In this document: positions 29,345 through 40,275 of the stretch, piece after piece
How the letters are laid out: each line of letters begins with the position of its first letter
Numbering within the stretch: the first letter of the stretch is position 1
Assembly (NCBI GenBank): GCA_048939995.1
Contig: JBHLOY010000011.1
Span: 32,001 to 96,000 of the forward strand
Source of the DNA: Promethearchaeota archaeon
GTDB taxonomy: Archaea; Asgardarchaeota; Lokiarchaeia; Sigyniarchaeales; SOKP01
Direction: 5' to 3'
Length of the DNA: 64,000 bases
Position numbers and translations under genes: made by a program
The notes under the pieces: model-generated
What the model saw: only the letters and a program-made list of their open reading frames with translations
Database searches by the model: none
What the model was told of the DNA's origin: nothing

Positions 29345-32300
29345 TTGAGTTCCATTAAAAAGTTGTCTAATTTGAATTTTTCCAGCTTATTAGGTGATGA
29401 TCAAAAATTAGTTTTCTTTGTAGGTGCTGGTTCATCAACTGATTCACCATCTTTAATGCCTAGTGCCCATGAAACAATGAAAACTCTTATTAAATTTGCA
29501 TGTTCTCAATCTGAAATAGAAAAAGTAACTCAGATTGAGGATTTGAGATTCGAAACATTGCTAGAAATTTTTTATGAAATCCTGGATAATGAACTGTCAT
29601 TAGCAGATTTGTATGTACAGAATAATATTCCGAATGTAGTGCATTTCTTTTTAGTAGAAATGGCTGAGAGAGGCCATTTTATAATGACAGCCAACTTTGA
29701 TTCCCTTATAGAGCATGCGATGATAAAAGCTGAGATTCAAAAGAAGAAAATAATTCCTGTTATAACTGAAAAGGACTATGAGAAGTATTATAACCCAGAA
29801 AAGTTGTTAAAAGGTGGAAAATATGCTATATACAAAATCCATGGTTCCCCGAAAAACATCATTACTGGAGAAGACACTAAAACTGCTTTCTTCAATACTA
29901 TAAGATTATTAGGACAAAATTTTGATAAAAGTAATTTACTACAATTAGAGCCATTTAAAGCTCAATTATTTGATTATATCTCAAGGGATCGAACTTTAGT
30001 AATATTAGGATACTCAGGGAAAAACGATTTTGATATTAGATCCACACTTAAAATAATGAAGTCTTTAAAAAATCTACTTTGGATAAATCATTCAGCAACA
30101 GATACTATAACGGAAGAAATTTATGAAATTGAGCCTAGCAAAAAAGCTATAAAAAAATTGGATGAATTGGACTCTTATTTATTAGAGATCAAACAACTAA
30201 ATGACTCAATTAATGTTTATAGAATGGATACTCACACAAGTAAATTATTAGAGAAATATTTAGAAAAGAAAGACTTAATACCTTCTGAAAAGTTTTCATT
30301 TGACTTAATAAAATGGCTTCAAGAGAATATTAAGAAACCAGATGAAATAAAGAAATTATATTTTACATATAAAATATATTACGAAACTAAAAGATATAAT
30401 GATTCTTTAAGGTGTTTAGAAAGAATTTATCGAATGGCAGAAGATGCAGGTGATGATTTATGGAAAGCCATATCCTTATTGAATATGGGAATTATAAATC
30501 GAGATCAAAAAGAATATGATAAAGCTCTTGATTGGCTAAAAAAGTCTCTTCAGGCACAAATTAAACTTAAAAATACCGAACAGAAAGTTGCAGTTTTTAA
30601 AAATATTGGAATAGTATATAGTAATTTAAGAAATTTTGATGAAGCATATAAATACTTAATGCAAGCTTTAAAGGCAAACGAAAAACTTAAAAACCTTTCT
30701 ACTAAGGCAGAAATAATCGATAATATTGGTTTAATATTTCAAAAACAAGGAAATTACAGCGAAGCTCTAAAGCAATTTGAAAGCGCATATAAAATTAATG
30801 AGAAGCTGTTAAATTTAAAGGAGAAGGCTTTAACTCTTAAAAGTATGGCTAAAGTATACTTAATAAAGGAGAATTATACAGAAGCATTAAAGTATTATGA
30901 AGAGGCTTTTCAAATCAATGATCAATTAGAAAATCTAAGTGAAAAAGGTGAAATACTGAATACTTTAGGGTATATCTATCACTTAAAAGATGATTCTCTG
31001 GTAGGTTTAGAAAAGTGTCATGAAGCCCTTGAGATATTCAATAAACTGCAAATTGTTGATGGAAGTATAAATTCACTACGAAATATTGGGATAATTTATA
31101 GAGATCAATGGAATTATATTAAAGCTTTAGAAAATTTCGAAGAAGCATATCAATTAGCAGAAGAAAATGGGAAAATGGTAAAGAAAGGGGAATTATCGAA
31201 TCAAATTGGTCTTATTTTTCAAAAACAGGATAAATTTACTGATGCCTTAGAATGGTTTGAAAATTCATTGGGAATTTTTGAAAAATTGGAAAATCTTAGC
31301 GGGGAGGTTGAAGTCTTAAAGAATATTGGTTTAATTTATAAAGATAAGAAAAACTTTTCAAAATCATTAACCATTTTTCAACAAACAATACAAATCTTCG
31401 AAAAATTAAAAGATAAAAAAGGGAAAGCAGATTATCTTAATGTTATAGGATTAATACACCTAGAGCAACGAAATTTTACAGAAACCTTGAGAAACTTTCA
31501 AGAAGCTTTAGATATCTATACAGAATTGAATAATCGTGAAGGAATTGCTGACACTTTAAGAAATTTAGGAATTTTCTATCAAGAACAAGCTAATTTTTCT
31601 GATTCCCTAAATAGATATAATGATGCATTGATGATATTCGAAGATTTAGAGTTAGTAGAGAAAAAAGCAGAACTTCTAAATAAAATTGGCACTATTTATC
31701 AGGATCAAGGAGATTATTTAGAAGCTGCTAAATTATTTAAAAAAGCATTTGAAATTTTTGATCAATCAAAGAGTTTAGAGGGTAAAATAGACACACTCCA
31801 TAATATTGGGTTAAATTTTCATTATCAAGGAGATGACACTTCTGCTTTGGAAAATTTAGATGAGGCCGTTAAGTTGTGCGAACAGATTGGAAATCTTCAA
31901 AAAAAATCGAATTGTCTTGTTTTTATTGGAAGCATCTATAAAGATCAGTGGAATTTTCTAGAAGCCTTAAGAAGATTTGAAGAAGCACTTTTAATTGTTG
32001 AACAACTAGGAAATCTCCAAAAACAACTTGAAATTTTAAATATAATTGGAAACATATACCAAACTCAAAAACATTATCCAGAAGCAATAAGAAGATTTCA
32101 AGAAGCTCTTTATGTAGCAGAGCAAATTGGAAATCTAGAAATAAAGGCAGATGTATTAAATAGTATTGGAGATATTTATTATGATGAAGAAAGTTATACC
32201 GAAAGTCTAAAATGGTTCGAAGATGCTCTCAAAATAGATGAACAACTAGCAAATCTAAAAGGTAAGTCAATACGCTTGACTAATATTGGTAATATTTATT

Positions 32301-33400
32301 TAACTCGAAAAAATTATCCAGAAGTATTAAAAAAATATAAGGAAGCATTAGAAATTGAAGAAAAGTTAGGAAATTTGACAAGAAAAGCAACATTATTGCG
32401 AAATATAGGAATGATTTATTATGATCAAAAATATTATTCAGAATCTCTAAAATGGTATGAAGATGCTTACACAGGATTTTCAGAAATTGAAAATTTAGAA
32501 GGAGTTACCGATTGTTTTAACAGTATAGGACTAGTTAATAAGGCTCAAGGAAACTTTAAGGATGCACTTAAATGGTATGAAGAGGCACTAAAAACTTCTG
32601 AAAAAATATTTGATTTTGATAGAAAAGCCAATCTACTTAATGAAATTGGATTAATATATTATCAACGTGGTATCTATAAGGATGCTATTAAGCGTTATAA
32701 ACAAGCATTAGATATTTTTGACAAAACTGGAAATCTCATCGGTAAGACATTCAGCTTAAATAAAATTGGTTTGATATATCAAGATCAAGGTAATTATAAT
32801 GAGGCCTTGAATCATTATGATAGAGCAATCAAATTCTTTAAAGTTTTAGAGGACTCTAAGGAAAAAGCTGAAAATCTATATAATAAAGCATTGATCTTTC
32901 GAGATCAAGGCTTATATCTTGATGCTTTGAAAAACTTTGAAGCTGCTTTAACAATCGATGAAAAACTTCATAATTTTGAACGCAAAGCAGAAAGCTTGAA
33001 TAATATTGGGTTAATCTATTTAGATGAAGGAAATTATCCAGTTGCTTCAAAGAGGTTTGAAGAGGCTATCAAAATTGCCTCCCAAATTAATAATGATGAT
33101 TTAAAGGCTAATTACTTGAACAATTTGGCCTTAGTATATCTAAATCAAGGAGATTATACTCAAGCGTGGAAATCTTGTAATGAAGCTCTTAAGATTTTTG
33201 AGGAAATTACAAATTATGAAGGTTTAGCTAAAACAAATTATAACATGGGTTTAATTTATTTAAATCAAAAAAGTTATGTAGAAGCGTTAAGCAGACATGA
33301 AGAAGCACTTAATGTTTTGAATGATAATCATTTAGGTAAATCTTCACTAGCTAAAGTTTTAAAGAGTAACATAAAAACCATTAAAAATTATATTAAATAA
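29345..33400 (+). CDS. SIR2-like (SIR2_2) domain fused to about 25 TPR-like 40-aa repeats
   Basis: FFVGAGSS, TANFDSLIE, YKIHGS and LGYSGKNDFD, followed by a 40-aa periodic L..IG.IY..Q..Y.EAL..FE.AL repeat. Confidence 0.88.
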   Translation: MSSIKKLSNLNFSSLLGDDQKLVFFVGAGSSTDSPSLMPSAHETMKTLIKFACSQSEIEKVTQIEDLRFETLLEIFYEILDNELSLADLYVQNNIPNVVHFFLVEMAERGHFIMTANFDSLIEHAMIKAEIQKKKIIPVITEKDYEKYYNPEKLLKGGKYAIYKIHGSPKNIITGEDTKTAFFNTIRLLGQNFDKSNLLQLEPFKAQLFDYISRDRTLVILGYSGKNDFDIRSTLKIMKSLKNLLWINHSATDTITEEIYEIEPSKKAIKKLDELDSYLLEIKQLNDSINVYRMDTHTSKLLEKYLEKKDLIPSEKFSFDLIKWLQENIKKPDEIKKLYFTYKIYYETKRYNDSLRCLERIYRMAEDAGDDLWKAISLLNMGIINRDQKEYDKALDWLKKSLQAQIKLKNTEQKVAVFKNIGIVYSNLRNFDEAYKYLMQALKANEKLKNLSTKAEIIDNIGLIFQKQGNYSEALKQFESAYKINEKLLNLKEKALTLKSMAKVYLIKENYTEALKYYEEAFQINDQLENLSEKGEILNTLGYIYHLKDDSLVGLEKCHEALEIFNKLQIVDGSINSLRNIGIIYRDQWNYIKALENFEEAYQLAEENGKMVKKGELSNQIGLIFQKQDKFTDALEWFENSLGIFEKLENLSGEVEVLKNIGLIYKDKKNFSKSLTIFQQTIQIFEKLKDKKGKADYLNVIGLIHLEQRNFTETLRNFQEALDIYTELNNREGIADTLRNLGIFYQEQANFSDSLNRYNDALMIFEDLELVEKKAELLNKIGTIYQDQGDYLEAAKLFKKAFEIFDQSKSLEGKIDTLHNIGLNFHYQGDDTSALENLDEAVKLCEQIGNLQKKSNCLVFIGSIYKDQWNFLEALRRFEEALLIVEQLGNLQKQLEILNIIGNIYQTQKHYPEAIRRFQEALYVAEQIGNLEIKADVLNSIGDIYYDEESYTESLKWFEDALKIDEQLANLKGKSIRLTNIGNIYLTRKNYPEVLKKYKEALEIEEKLGNLTRKATLLRNIGMIYYDQKYYSESLKWYEDAYTGFSEIENLEGVTDCFNSIGLVNKAQGNFKDALKWYEEALKTSEKIFDFDRKANLLNEIGLIYYQRGIYKDAIKRYKQALDIFDKTGNLIGKTFSLNKIGLIYQDQGNYNEALNHYDRAIKFFKVLEDSKEKAENLYNKALIFRDQGLYLDALKNFEAALTIDEKLHNFERKAESLNNIGLIYLDEGNYPVASKRFEEAIKIASQINNDDLKANYLNNLALVYLNQGDYTQAWKSCNEALKIFEEITNYEGLAKTNYNMGLIYLNQKSYVEALSRHEEALNVLNDNHLGKSSLAKVLKSNIKTIKNYIK

Positions 33401-33410
33401 TTTTTTAACC

Positions 33411-34256
33411 TTATTCATGACTTTTATCCTGAATCTCTAACTCATTATTATAATTCTGCTTCCTCACTTTGAGTTTTTTACTGAAATATGGAAGGATCTT
33501 ATCAAATAATAAGTATAAGTATGGAGCTCCTTGGTTAAATAAAATTAGAATTTCATAAAATAAAAATAAAATCCCTGTAGGCCTTATTCCTGAAATAAAT
33601 AGTGGAAACTCCATAAAAAAAGATCCAAGGCAACCAAGTAAAAATACATAAGCAATAACTTTAGGATCTTTTGATTTAAATACATTGGTCCCATAGACTA
33701 TTACTAAAATTAAGTATCCAATAATTATATTTATAATCCAGACTATCATTTGCGTATCCATATGCCTAACAGTTTCTACAATAGTATTATCAAGATCAAT
33801 AAGCTTTGAAAAAATTGGAATTAACAACCAGGATCCAAAGAAAATTAACGTGTATTTGATTATATCTTTGTAATATTTTTTTATATAGTTCTCCACCATA
33901 ATCCAAAACCATGAAAATATGAACATAGAATAAGAGAAGCTCATCATAAAATCAGCTCCGAACTTTGACAACCAATACTCACCGATCGGATGCGGCATTT
34001 TGATCCCACCAATCCAATATTCCCTGATTGTAGTACCAAGAGGGTAATTAATACCTGCTGAGGCATTCCACCACCATACCGCATCAATAATATATACACA
34101 TATCCCCGTTATTAATCCAAATTTCATTGGATTCCATTTTTTATTTTTGATTAATATTGAGATCCAGATCATTAAAAATATTAAATCAATGTAAATATAA
34201 TCATATTCAAATTTCCTGGATGCTTCGTTAAAGGATTGGAGAACGTTATTTAACAA
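33411..34256 (-). CDS. Hypothetical polytopic membrane protein
   Basis: About 7 hydrophobic segments; no recognised motif. Confidence 0.7.
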   Translation of the reverse strand: MLNNVLQSFNEASRKFEYDYIYIDLIFLMIWISILIKNKKWNPMKFGLITGICVYIIDAVWWWNASAGINYPLGTTIREYWIGGIKMPHPIGEYWLSKFGADFMMSFSYSMFIFSWFWIMVENYIKKYYKDIIKYTLIFFGSWLLIPIFSKLIDLDNTIVETVRHMDTQMIVWIINIIIGYLILVIVYGTNVFKSKDPKVIAYVFLLGCLGSFFMEFPLFISGIRPTGILFLFYEILILFNQGAPYLYLLFDKILPYFSKKLKVRKQNYNNELEIQDKSHE

Positions 34257-34364
34257 AATATTTCCTATATATTTACAATCAAATTAATAATATCAAAATC
34301 ACAAGCTTTTTAAAGAGAATGCAATAAATAAACTAATCAAAAATAGGAAATAATTAAAAATCTT

Positions 34365-35048
34365 CTAAGGAGGATTTTGTGTCATATAATTTTTAATATA
34401 GCGTCTAACCTCAGCAGCAGGTTGTATAACACCAAAATGTCCTTCACACAATATGTCTGCTTCTAAATCTAGCAATTTTTGCATAGAAACTTGATAATCC
34501 CTAAGATTTGATCCAAAGCTTGCCATAAATGGTCCATGAATGTCTTGACCAAATAGAATTTTAATCCCTTCAACTTCAATAAATACAGAAATTGAGCCAG
34601 GAGTATGCCCGGGTGTATGAATACATTGAAAAGCTATTTCACCAAGATTTAATATTTCGACTTCTAATTTTAATCGTTTTTCCAATTTAATTGGTTTATA
34701 ATTAATCCCATACCATAATGCTGCTGTTTTTTCATTACTACCTTCTTCTTCAATTGCATCAGCATCTAATTCATGAGCATAAAATTTGATTTTTGCATTA
34801 TATTGTTGGACATACTTCACCAAATCAAAACAGGCTGAAATATGATCTATGTGACAGTGAGTTAGGATGCAGTGTCTGATATCCTCTGGTTTTAGATCGA
34901 TGTTTCTAATCATTTTTATATTTTGAAGACTCATTCCACAATCAATTAAGACTAGGCCATCACTACTTTCAGTATCAACTAGAAACACTGAACAACCCGA
35001 ATCACCCACATGATAGACATTATGAATAATTTCCTTCAAATTCACCAC
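34365..35048 (-). CDS. MBL-fold metallo-hydrolase (glyoxalase II-like)
   Basis: LIDCG, THCHIDH, HTPGHTPG, GQD and EGH; its start overlaps the upstream stop codon (TAGTG). Confidence 0.88.
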   Translation of the reverse strand: MVNLKEIIHNVYHVGDSGCSVFLVDTESSDGLVLIDCGMSLQNIKMIRNIDLKPEDIRHCILTHCHIDHISACFDLVKYVQQYNAKIKFYAHELDADAIEEEGSNEKTAALWYGINYKPIKLEKRLKLEVEILNLGEIAFQCIHTPGHTPGSISVFIEVEGIKILFGQDIHGPFMASFGSNLRDYQVSMQKLLDLEADILCEGHFGVIQPAAEVRRYIKNYMTQNPP

Positions 35049-35836
35049 TAATTATTATTCTTGTAGATTCCTCTATATAGAATTATGGTTATAATTGATG
35101 CCAATCCTGTGGAAAACAGAACATCAGAAGCATAATGGGCTCCTACAATAACTCTTGATAAAGCTACAAACGTGCCCCACCCTAAAACCAAGAATAATAT
35201 TGTTATTTTTAGCCAAATGTTTAATTTCCTTTTTTTAAGGTCTGTAAGAAGGGGCAGAAACATCCATCCCATTGCTGCATGACCACTCGGGAAACTAAAA
35301 TTACCAGTAATTCCAAGGGGAATAAACCATGGTGTAAAATCTCCCCCAGAAAGATCTCGAAAGCGTACTCTGCCCCAAAATAGTTTTATTAACTGAACGA
35401 ATAATAAAGGGTTAATTATCGCTAAAAAGGATATAATAGATGCAATCTTTCTATAGTTTTGCCAATCTTTTTTCCAAGTAACAATTAGATATAAGAGGGG
35501 AACAATGATTAAACCACTTCCTAAAGAAATATCCGTGGTATCATCTTCAAAAATTCCAAGTGTTAAAATTATTACCCCTGTAATGACTGCTAATATGATT
35601 AATAATTTTTGTTTTTTAATATTTCTAATATAGCTTCCTATAAAGGTTGCTAATGCAATAGCTATCAAGATATAACCAGGAACTTCTCCATAATCAGCAC
35701 CAAAATTACCCCAATTAGATTGTTCGTCTACAACTAGAGTAGAAATTTCTAAATCATATATCCCGAATAAGATAGCTAAAAAAATCCAAATAACTATTAT
35801 TAGAATCATTAATTTAACAGAGTTAGTTAACTTCAT
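35048..35836 (-). CDS. PAP2-family membrane phosphatase
   Basis: KLFWGRVRFR, SFPSGH and SRVIVGAHYASD. Confidence 0.88.
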   Translation of the reverse strand: MKLTNSVKLMILIIVIWIFLAILFGIYDLEISTLVVDEQSNWGNFGADYGEVPGYILIAIALATFIGSYIRNIKKQKLLIILAVITGVIILTLGIFEDDTTDISLGSGLIIVPLLYLIVTWKKDWQNYRKIASIISFLAIINPLLFVQLIKLFWGRVRFRDLSGGDFTPWFIPLGITGNFSFPSGHAAMGWMFLPLLTDLKKRKLNIWLKITILFLVLGWGTFVALSRVIVGAHYASDVLFSTGLASIITIILYRGIYKNNN

Positions 35837-35910
35837 TTCATTTCATTATTTTTTATTTCTATTCATATTAGATAAAGATCTATTTAATGATTATTCTTAA
35901 TATTGGTCTA

Positions 35911-36651
35911 TTAAGAATATCGTTTTTTAATTAGCTTTATTAAAGCATCAGGATAATCTGTATAAATCGCACTTACAATTTTATCATTAAATTTTAGGTT
36001 AAGAGTATTCTTCATCTGTGATTTTGAGTTTACCCCCCAAATATAACACTTTAAACCGTTATTAATAATTTCTTGGAAATTATCTTTAGCTCGGCGTCCA
36101 ATTCTGATATTTATTGCTTCAACTTTTAACTCTTTTAATTTTTCAAAATTAACTGATAACTGATTTACTCTAACGATCCATGTTGGAATTGTGTAAACTA
36201 GTTTTACCTCTTCGCTATAATCCCTAACTGAATTTAAGACAGTCAGTCTCATATCTGTTATTGTAACTTTTTCTAATTTTACAAAAGATTTCGCGAGCCT
36301 AATAAGTTCAAAACCAGAATTTTTATCCCTGATATCAAAACTAAACAATAAATGCTTATTTTGAGCAAAGAGTGTAAATAAATCATTTACGGTTGGAATT
36401 GTTCTTTTATCCTTGAATTTTATATTCAACAAATTCTCAAATGTGATATATTTAATGTAGTGAGATTGTGATTTAATTTTTATATAATAATCATGAAAGC
36501 AAACAAGAACATTATCTTCTGTTAATTGAACATCAGTTTCAATTCCCGCACCCATTTCTACCGCTTTCTTAAAACATGGAATTGTATTTTCTACACAATA
36601 ACCCATTGCCCCTCTATGACCATATACTTTTGGACCATTTAAAGATGTCAT
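35911..36651 (-). CDS. Glycerophosphodiester phosphodiesterase
   Basis: YGHRG, ENT, IETDVQ, CFHD and YTDYP; start revised to ATG 36651. Confidence 0.85.
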   Translation of the reverse strand: MTSLNGPKVYGHRGAMGYCVENTIPCFKKAVEMGAGIETDVQLTEDNVLVCFHDYYIKIKSQSHYIKYITFENLLNIKFKDKRTIPTVNDLFTLFAQNKHLLFSFDIRDKNSGFELIRLAKSFVKLEKVTITDMRLTVLNSVRDYSEEVKLVYTIPTWIVRVNQLSVNFEKLKELKVEAINIRIGRRAKDNFQEIINNGLKCYIWGVNSKSQMKNTLNLKFNDKIVSAIYTDYPDALIKLIKKRYS

Positions 36652-36746
36652 AATTAACTTAAAATCAACTGTGATATTATAAAAAATAATTTTATAGAAA
36701 TTAAAATAACATATCTTACTTAAAAGTTTATTAAAAGCTGGTGAGA

Positions 36747-37580
36747 ATGGAGAAAACAAATCATAAAGTACTTGAAAAAAAATCTTTTTCTGAACGATTA
36801 AAACATTATGTTAAAAACATTTTTGATTTCTCGCATTATGATAAAAAAACTATTTTGTATATCATTGTCTTTATTGCATTAGTTATATTCTCGATTTTTT
36901 TGCTTGCTTATTCATTCTTTATTGATAGTACATTTTTATATCGTATAGTTATTGATTGGTTTGTAAATCCTATTTATTATTTAGGAATATTTGGTATTTT
37001 ATTATTTATTATTATAATGGCGATTCAAGGTTTATTAATTCCAATTCCATCTGAAATTATTCTCATAGCTACAGGTATAATCTGGGGTTTGATTGGAGGT
37101 GGAATAATGGGTATTATTGGCTCAATGACAGCAGCATTATTATGTTATTATATTAGTAAAAGGGGAGGTCGTCCATTAGCGAAAAAATTTGTAGGAGAAA
37201 AAGCTATCAATTTAGCTGATAATTTTATTCATAAATATGGTATGGGAGCTATTATAATCGCAAGATTTTTACCAGTTATAGCCTTCGATCCTATTAGTTA
37301 TGCTGCTGGTTTAGTAGATACTGATTTTAAAAAGTATACTATTGGGACATTCTTAGGTTCAATTCCACGAGCTTTCTTTTTCTCTTGGTTGGGCTCAATT
37401 TTAGGTATTACTCCACCTGTGGATTTAGAATCCTTACCTTTGGCTACGATTGAGGCACAAGCTGCGTTTTTTAATAATATATTATTGATAATTTTAGGTT
37501 TATTAGCTATTATGTTTGTTTTATATTATTTTATCAGCTGGTACTATGGTAAGAAGATTACTAAAGAATCAACTTCCTAA
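36747..37580 (+). CDS. DedA/TVP38/TMEM64 (VTT-domain) membrane protein
   Basis: PIPSE, ARFLPVIAFDPISYAAG and GTFLGSIPR. Confidence 0.88.
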   Translation: MEKTNHKVLEKKSFSERLKHYVKNIFDFSHYDKKTILYIIVFIALVIFSIFLLAYSFFIDSTFLYRIVIDWFVNPIYYLGIFGILLFIIIMAIQGLLIPIPSEIILIATGIIWGLIGGGIMGIIGSMTAALLCYYISKRGGRPLAKKFVGEKAINLADNFIHKYGMGAIIIARFLPVIAFDPISYAAGLVDTDFKKYTIGTFLGSIPRAFFFSWLGSILGITPPVDLESLPLATIEAQAAFFNNILLIILGLLAIMFVLYYFISWYYGKKITKESTS

Positions 37581-37683
37581 TCCTCTTTTTATCCGATTTT
37601 ATCTCTAAATTTCTTGACTCTTTTTAGATAATATTATTGTGATATCATTTCCTTTTTTTATCTTTTCTATTTGAATTTGCCAT

Positions 37684-37857
37684 ATGAATAATATAAAGAA
37701 ATTTCTTAATGAAGAAGAAATTCTTGAATACAGTGAATCTTATTTAATAAAGTTATATAAGGATTTGAACAAAGCAATTATTTCTGATGATTTTCAATCA
37801 ATTTGGGAACTTTCTAAGACAATTACAAGGTATCATTTTAAAAAGTTATATGGATAA
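37684..37857 (+). CDS. 57-aa hypothetical helical microprotein (not in the ORF track)
   Basis: Manual translation: MNNIKKFLNEEEILEYSESYLIKLYKDLNKAIISDDFQSIWELSKTITRYHFKKLYG*. Confidence 0.5.
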   Translation: MNNIKKFLNEEEILEYSESYLIKLYKDLNKAIISDDFQSIWELSKTITRYHFKKLYG

Positions 37858-37974
37858 CACAGTGAAAATTTTTAAATAGGTTTTCAGAATACGAAATTAT
37901 TTATAGACACACCCTTCTAGAATATTAGAATATAAGAATCACTTTGAGTTATAATTTTAATAGGGGTTTTTTAT

Positions 37975-38226
37975 TTGTATTATTGCGGGGATTATGATGA
38001 TCTTTTGGAAGATTCTCTTATTGAGGAATTAGAATGGTTAAGAGAAGAATTTGATTTATTATTTAAATTTAAAAAGCATAATACTTCTGATAAAGACAAA
38101 CAACTCGCAAATCAAATGATTAAAATTATTATTAATAAAGTAAAGTTTTCAGATGATAAAAGAATCAATGAAATTCTAATTGAAGCGATTGAGAAAATCG
38201 AATATAACTTTCCAGAACTTTTTTAA
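37975..38226 (+). CDS. Small acidic helical hypothetical protein
   Basis: 83-aa ORF with a GGGG SD-like element upstream and a T-tract after the stop. Confidence 0.65.
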   Translation: MYYCGDYDDLLEDSLIEELEWLREEFDLLFKFKKHNTSDKDKQLANQMIKIIINKVKFSDDKRINEILIEAIEKIEYNFPELF

Positions 38227-38317
38227 TTAACTTCTTTTTTTTAATTTATTTAATCAATAGTCTTAATTATATATTCTACTTCTTATTTTATATCAAAGTA
38301 AATTAAAGATTTTATCT

Positions 38318-39391
38318 ATGGAAAGACTAATCATAGTTCATTGGAATAAAAGTACGGGCCCTGAATCATTAATTCAATATCCTCCAGAGAAAGTATTTCC
38401 TAAAAAAGACTTACTATTAAAAATCTGGGCTCAACATGAATTAGATAAAGAAAACTCTTTAATTGAGGTAGAGGACCAAAATAAACATTTTATTTCGATC
38501 CTTCAAGAATTTGAGAGTGAATTATACTTCCTAGTTCTTGTGTTAAGTGATAAAAGACAAAAAGAAGAAGTAATATCTCCTGATATTCTGGCCATTATAG
38601 GGAAGAATTTAATTGAATTAATGAATACAAATAAAATTACAAGAGCGATTTCTGAAGCATTTAACACGATCAAGAATTATAATAAATTAGAAAGTGAAGA
38701 TTTGATCAATTTTTTTCAAGATAAAATTAGGTTTACTATTTTACAAATTTTAAGAAATGGTGTTATTTCTAAAACAGAATTAAGTAATCAATTAAGATCT
38801 GAATATGGATTTTCAACTGCTAATATAGATTTACTTTTAATATCATTTTTGAGGGAAAATTTGATTTTAAAGAAAAATGTTCCCGGAAGCAAAGAATGTT
38901 ACTTTTTAATTAAAGATATTACTTGTGCAAGAGTCCCTCCTAAAAGAATTCCAAATGAGAATGTTATTGATGAAAAAATCCTAAAAAAGTATAAAAAAGA
39001 ATTTGTAAAATTTTATTCTCACTATAATTGTAGCCAAGAATTAGAAAATAAAACAATTCTTAACATTTTGATAGAAAAAGATGTATATCTTCTGATGAAA
39101 AACCTAAGAAACACCAGTCTCTCTGTAAATGAATGTTTAAGTCTATTAAATAATAGACAAGATCTATTCGATGAATTACTAGAAAAGAGAATAATATTTG
39201 AGGCAAAAGGTACAGTGTATTTGTTCTCAGATATTCGATTCTTAAAATTTTCCCCTTATTATATTATAAAAACATTAATTAATCGGTACCATAACCAAGA
39301 AATTTCTCTAAATCAATATTTGACTCATCTTGAATTATTATTAAATGATTTAAAAGCTGACCCAACTCACCTTAATTATATAGTAATCTAA
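38318..39391 (+). CDS. Longin/uDENN-like (NPRL2-type) N-terminal domain plus winged-helix domains
   Basis: IVHWNKSTGPESLIQYP resembles the F...GP....Q.P N-terminal signature of NPRL2/DENN-type longins; wHTH-like segment ILQILRNGVISKTELSNQL...IDLLLISFLRENLI. Confidence 0.6.
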   Translation: MERLIIVHWNKSTGPESLIQYPPEKVFPKKDLLLKIWAQHELDKENSLIEVEDQNKHFISILQEFESELYFLVLVLSDKRQKEEVISPDILAIIGKNLIELMNTNKITRAISEAFNTIKNYNKLESEDLINFFQDKIRFTILQILRNGVISKTELSNQLRSEYGFSTANIDLLLISFLRENLILKKNVPGSKECYFLIKDITCARVPPKRIPNENVIDEKILKKYKKEFVKFYSHYNCSQELENKTILNILIEKDVYLLMKNLRNTSLSVNECLSLLNNRQDLFDELLEKRIIFEAKGTVYLFSDIRFLKFSPYYIIKTLINRYHNQEISLNQYLTHLELLLNDLKADPTHLNYIVI

Positions 39392-39489
39392 TTTTTAAAA
39401 TTCAAAACAATTATAAACATCTAGAATTAATTAGTATTTAGCTAAAAAATCAAAATTTAATCAAAATTAAAAAGTGGTGCAAATAGACT

Positions 39490-40248
39490 TTGGTTTTAGA
39501 ACTAGTTGATTATTTACAAGGAATTTTCAGTCTTATTTTTGTTATCATATCATTAATTATTGGATTTTCAATCCTTTTAAAATATCCTAAATTTAAGTCA
39601 AGGCTATATATCCTTGTAGGGATATCATGGATTGGAGTTGCTAATCCCTGGTTTCCGGATTCGATTAGCTTTGTAATGTATCTATTTGTCAGAGATTTCT
39701 TGCCAGTAAATTGGTATTTTATCATCGGTAATTGCTTTATTCCAATCGCTCTCTTAGCTTGGTTAATTGCTTTTACAGATATGGTTGGCAAAAAGAGACA
39801 GAAACTAGTTGTCTCAATTACCATTATTCTAAGTATTGCTTTTGAAATAGTGTTTTTTTACCTACTCTTCACAGATTCTACAGCTATCGGAGTTATTGAT
39901 CCCCTAGTAAGACCATTCACAGTGAATTTTGGAGATTTTATCTTATTATATTTAGTTATAGTTATTATTGTCATGTTTTCTACTGGAATAATATTTGCTC
40001 AAAAGTCAGTGAAATCTGAAATTAAAGAAATCCGGGTTAAAGGAAAACTATTAAGAGCAGCATTTATCACTTTTACCATAGCCGCTGTATTAGATTCAAT
40101 GCTAGGTACTATCTTTGGGGATCCTACTGACCCTCTACTAGCAATAATGGTCGTAGTTGTAAGGGTGCTATTAATATTTAGTGCTATAGAATTTTATGGT
40201 GGATTTTTACTTCCCAAATGGATGCATTCAATCTTCATAAGAGACTAA
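39490..40248 (+). CDS. Stand-alone 7-TM membrane protein
   Basis: Seven hydrophobic helices, no cytoplasmic output domain and no obvious retinal-binding Lys in TM7. Confidence 0.75.
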   Translation: MVLELVDYLQGIFSLIFVIISLIIGFSILLKYPKFKSRLYILVGISWIGVANPWFPDSISFVMYLFVRDFLPVNWYFIIGNCFIPIALLAWLIAFTDMVGKKRQKLVVSITIILSIAFEIVFFYLLFTDSTAIGVIDPLVRPFTVNFGDFILLYLVIVIIVMFSTGIIFAQKSVKSEIKEIRVKGKLLRAAFITFTIAAVLDSMLGTIFGDPTDPLLAIMVVVVRVLLIFSAIEFYGGFLLPKWMHSIFIRD

Positions 40249-40275
40249 TAATCTCTTTTAAACCTTTTATCTTAA

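Noticed and set aside
36652-36759. N-terminal extension of the GDPD ORF in the track
   Set aside because: It overlaps the divergent DedA gene start and the AT-rich promoter region; family homology begins at ATG 36651.
39490-40248. Rhodopsin or true GPCR
   Set aside because: No retinal-binding Lys in TM7 and no GPCR signature motifs; only the 7TM topology is supported.
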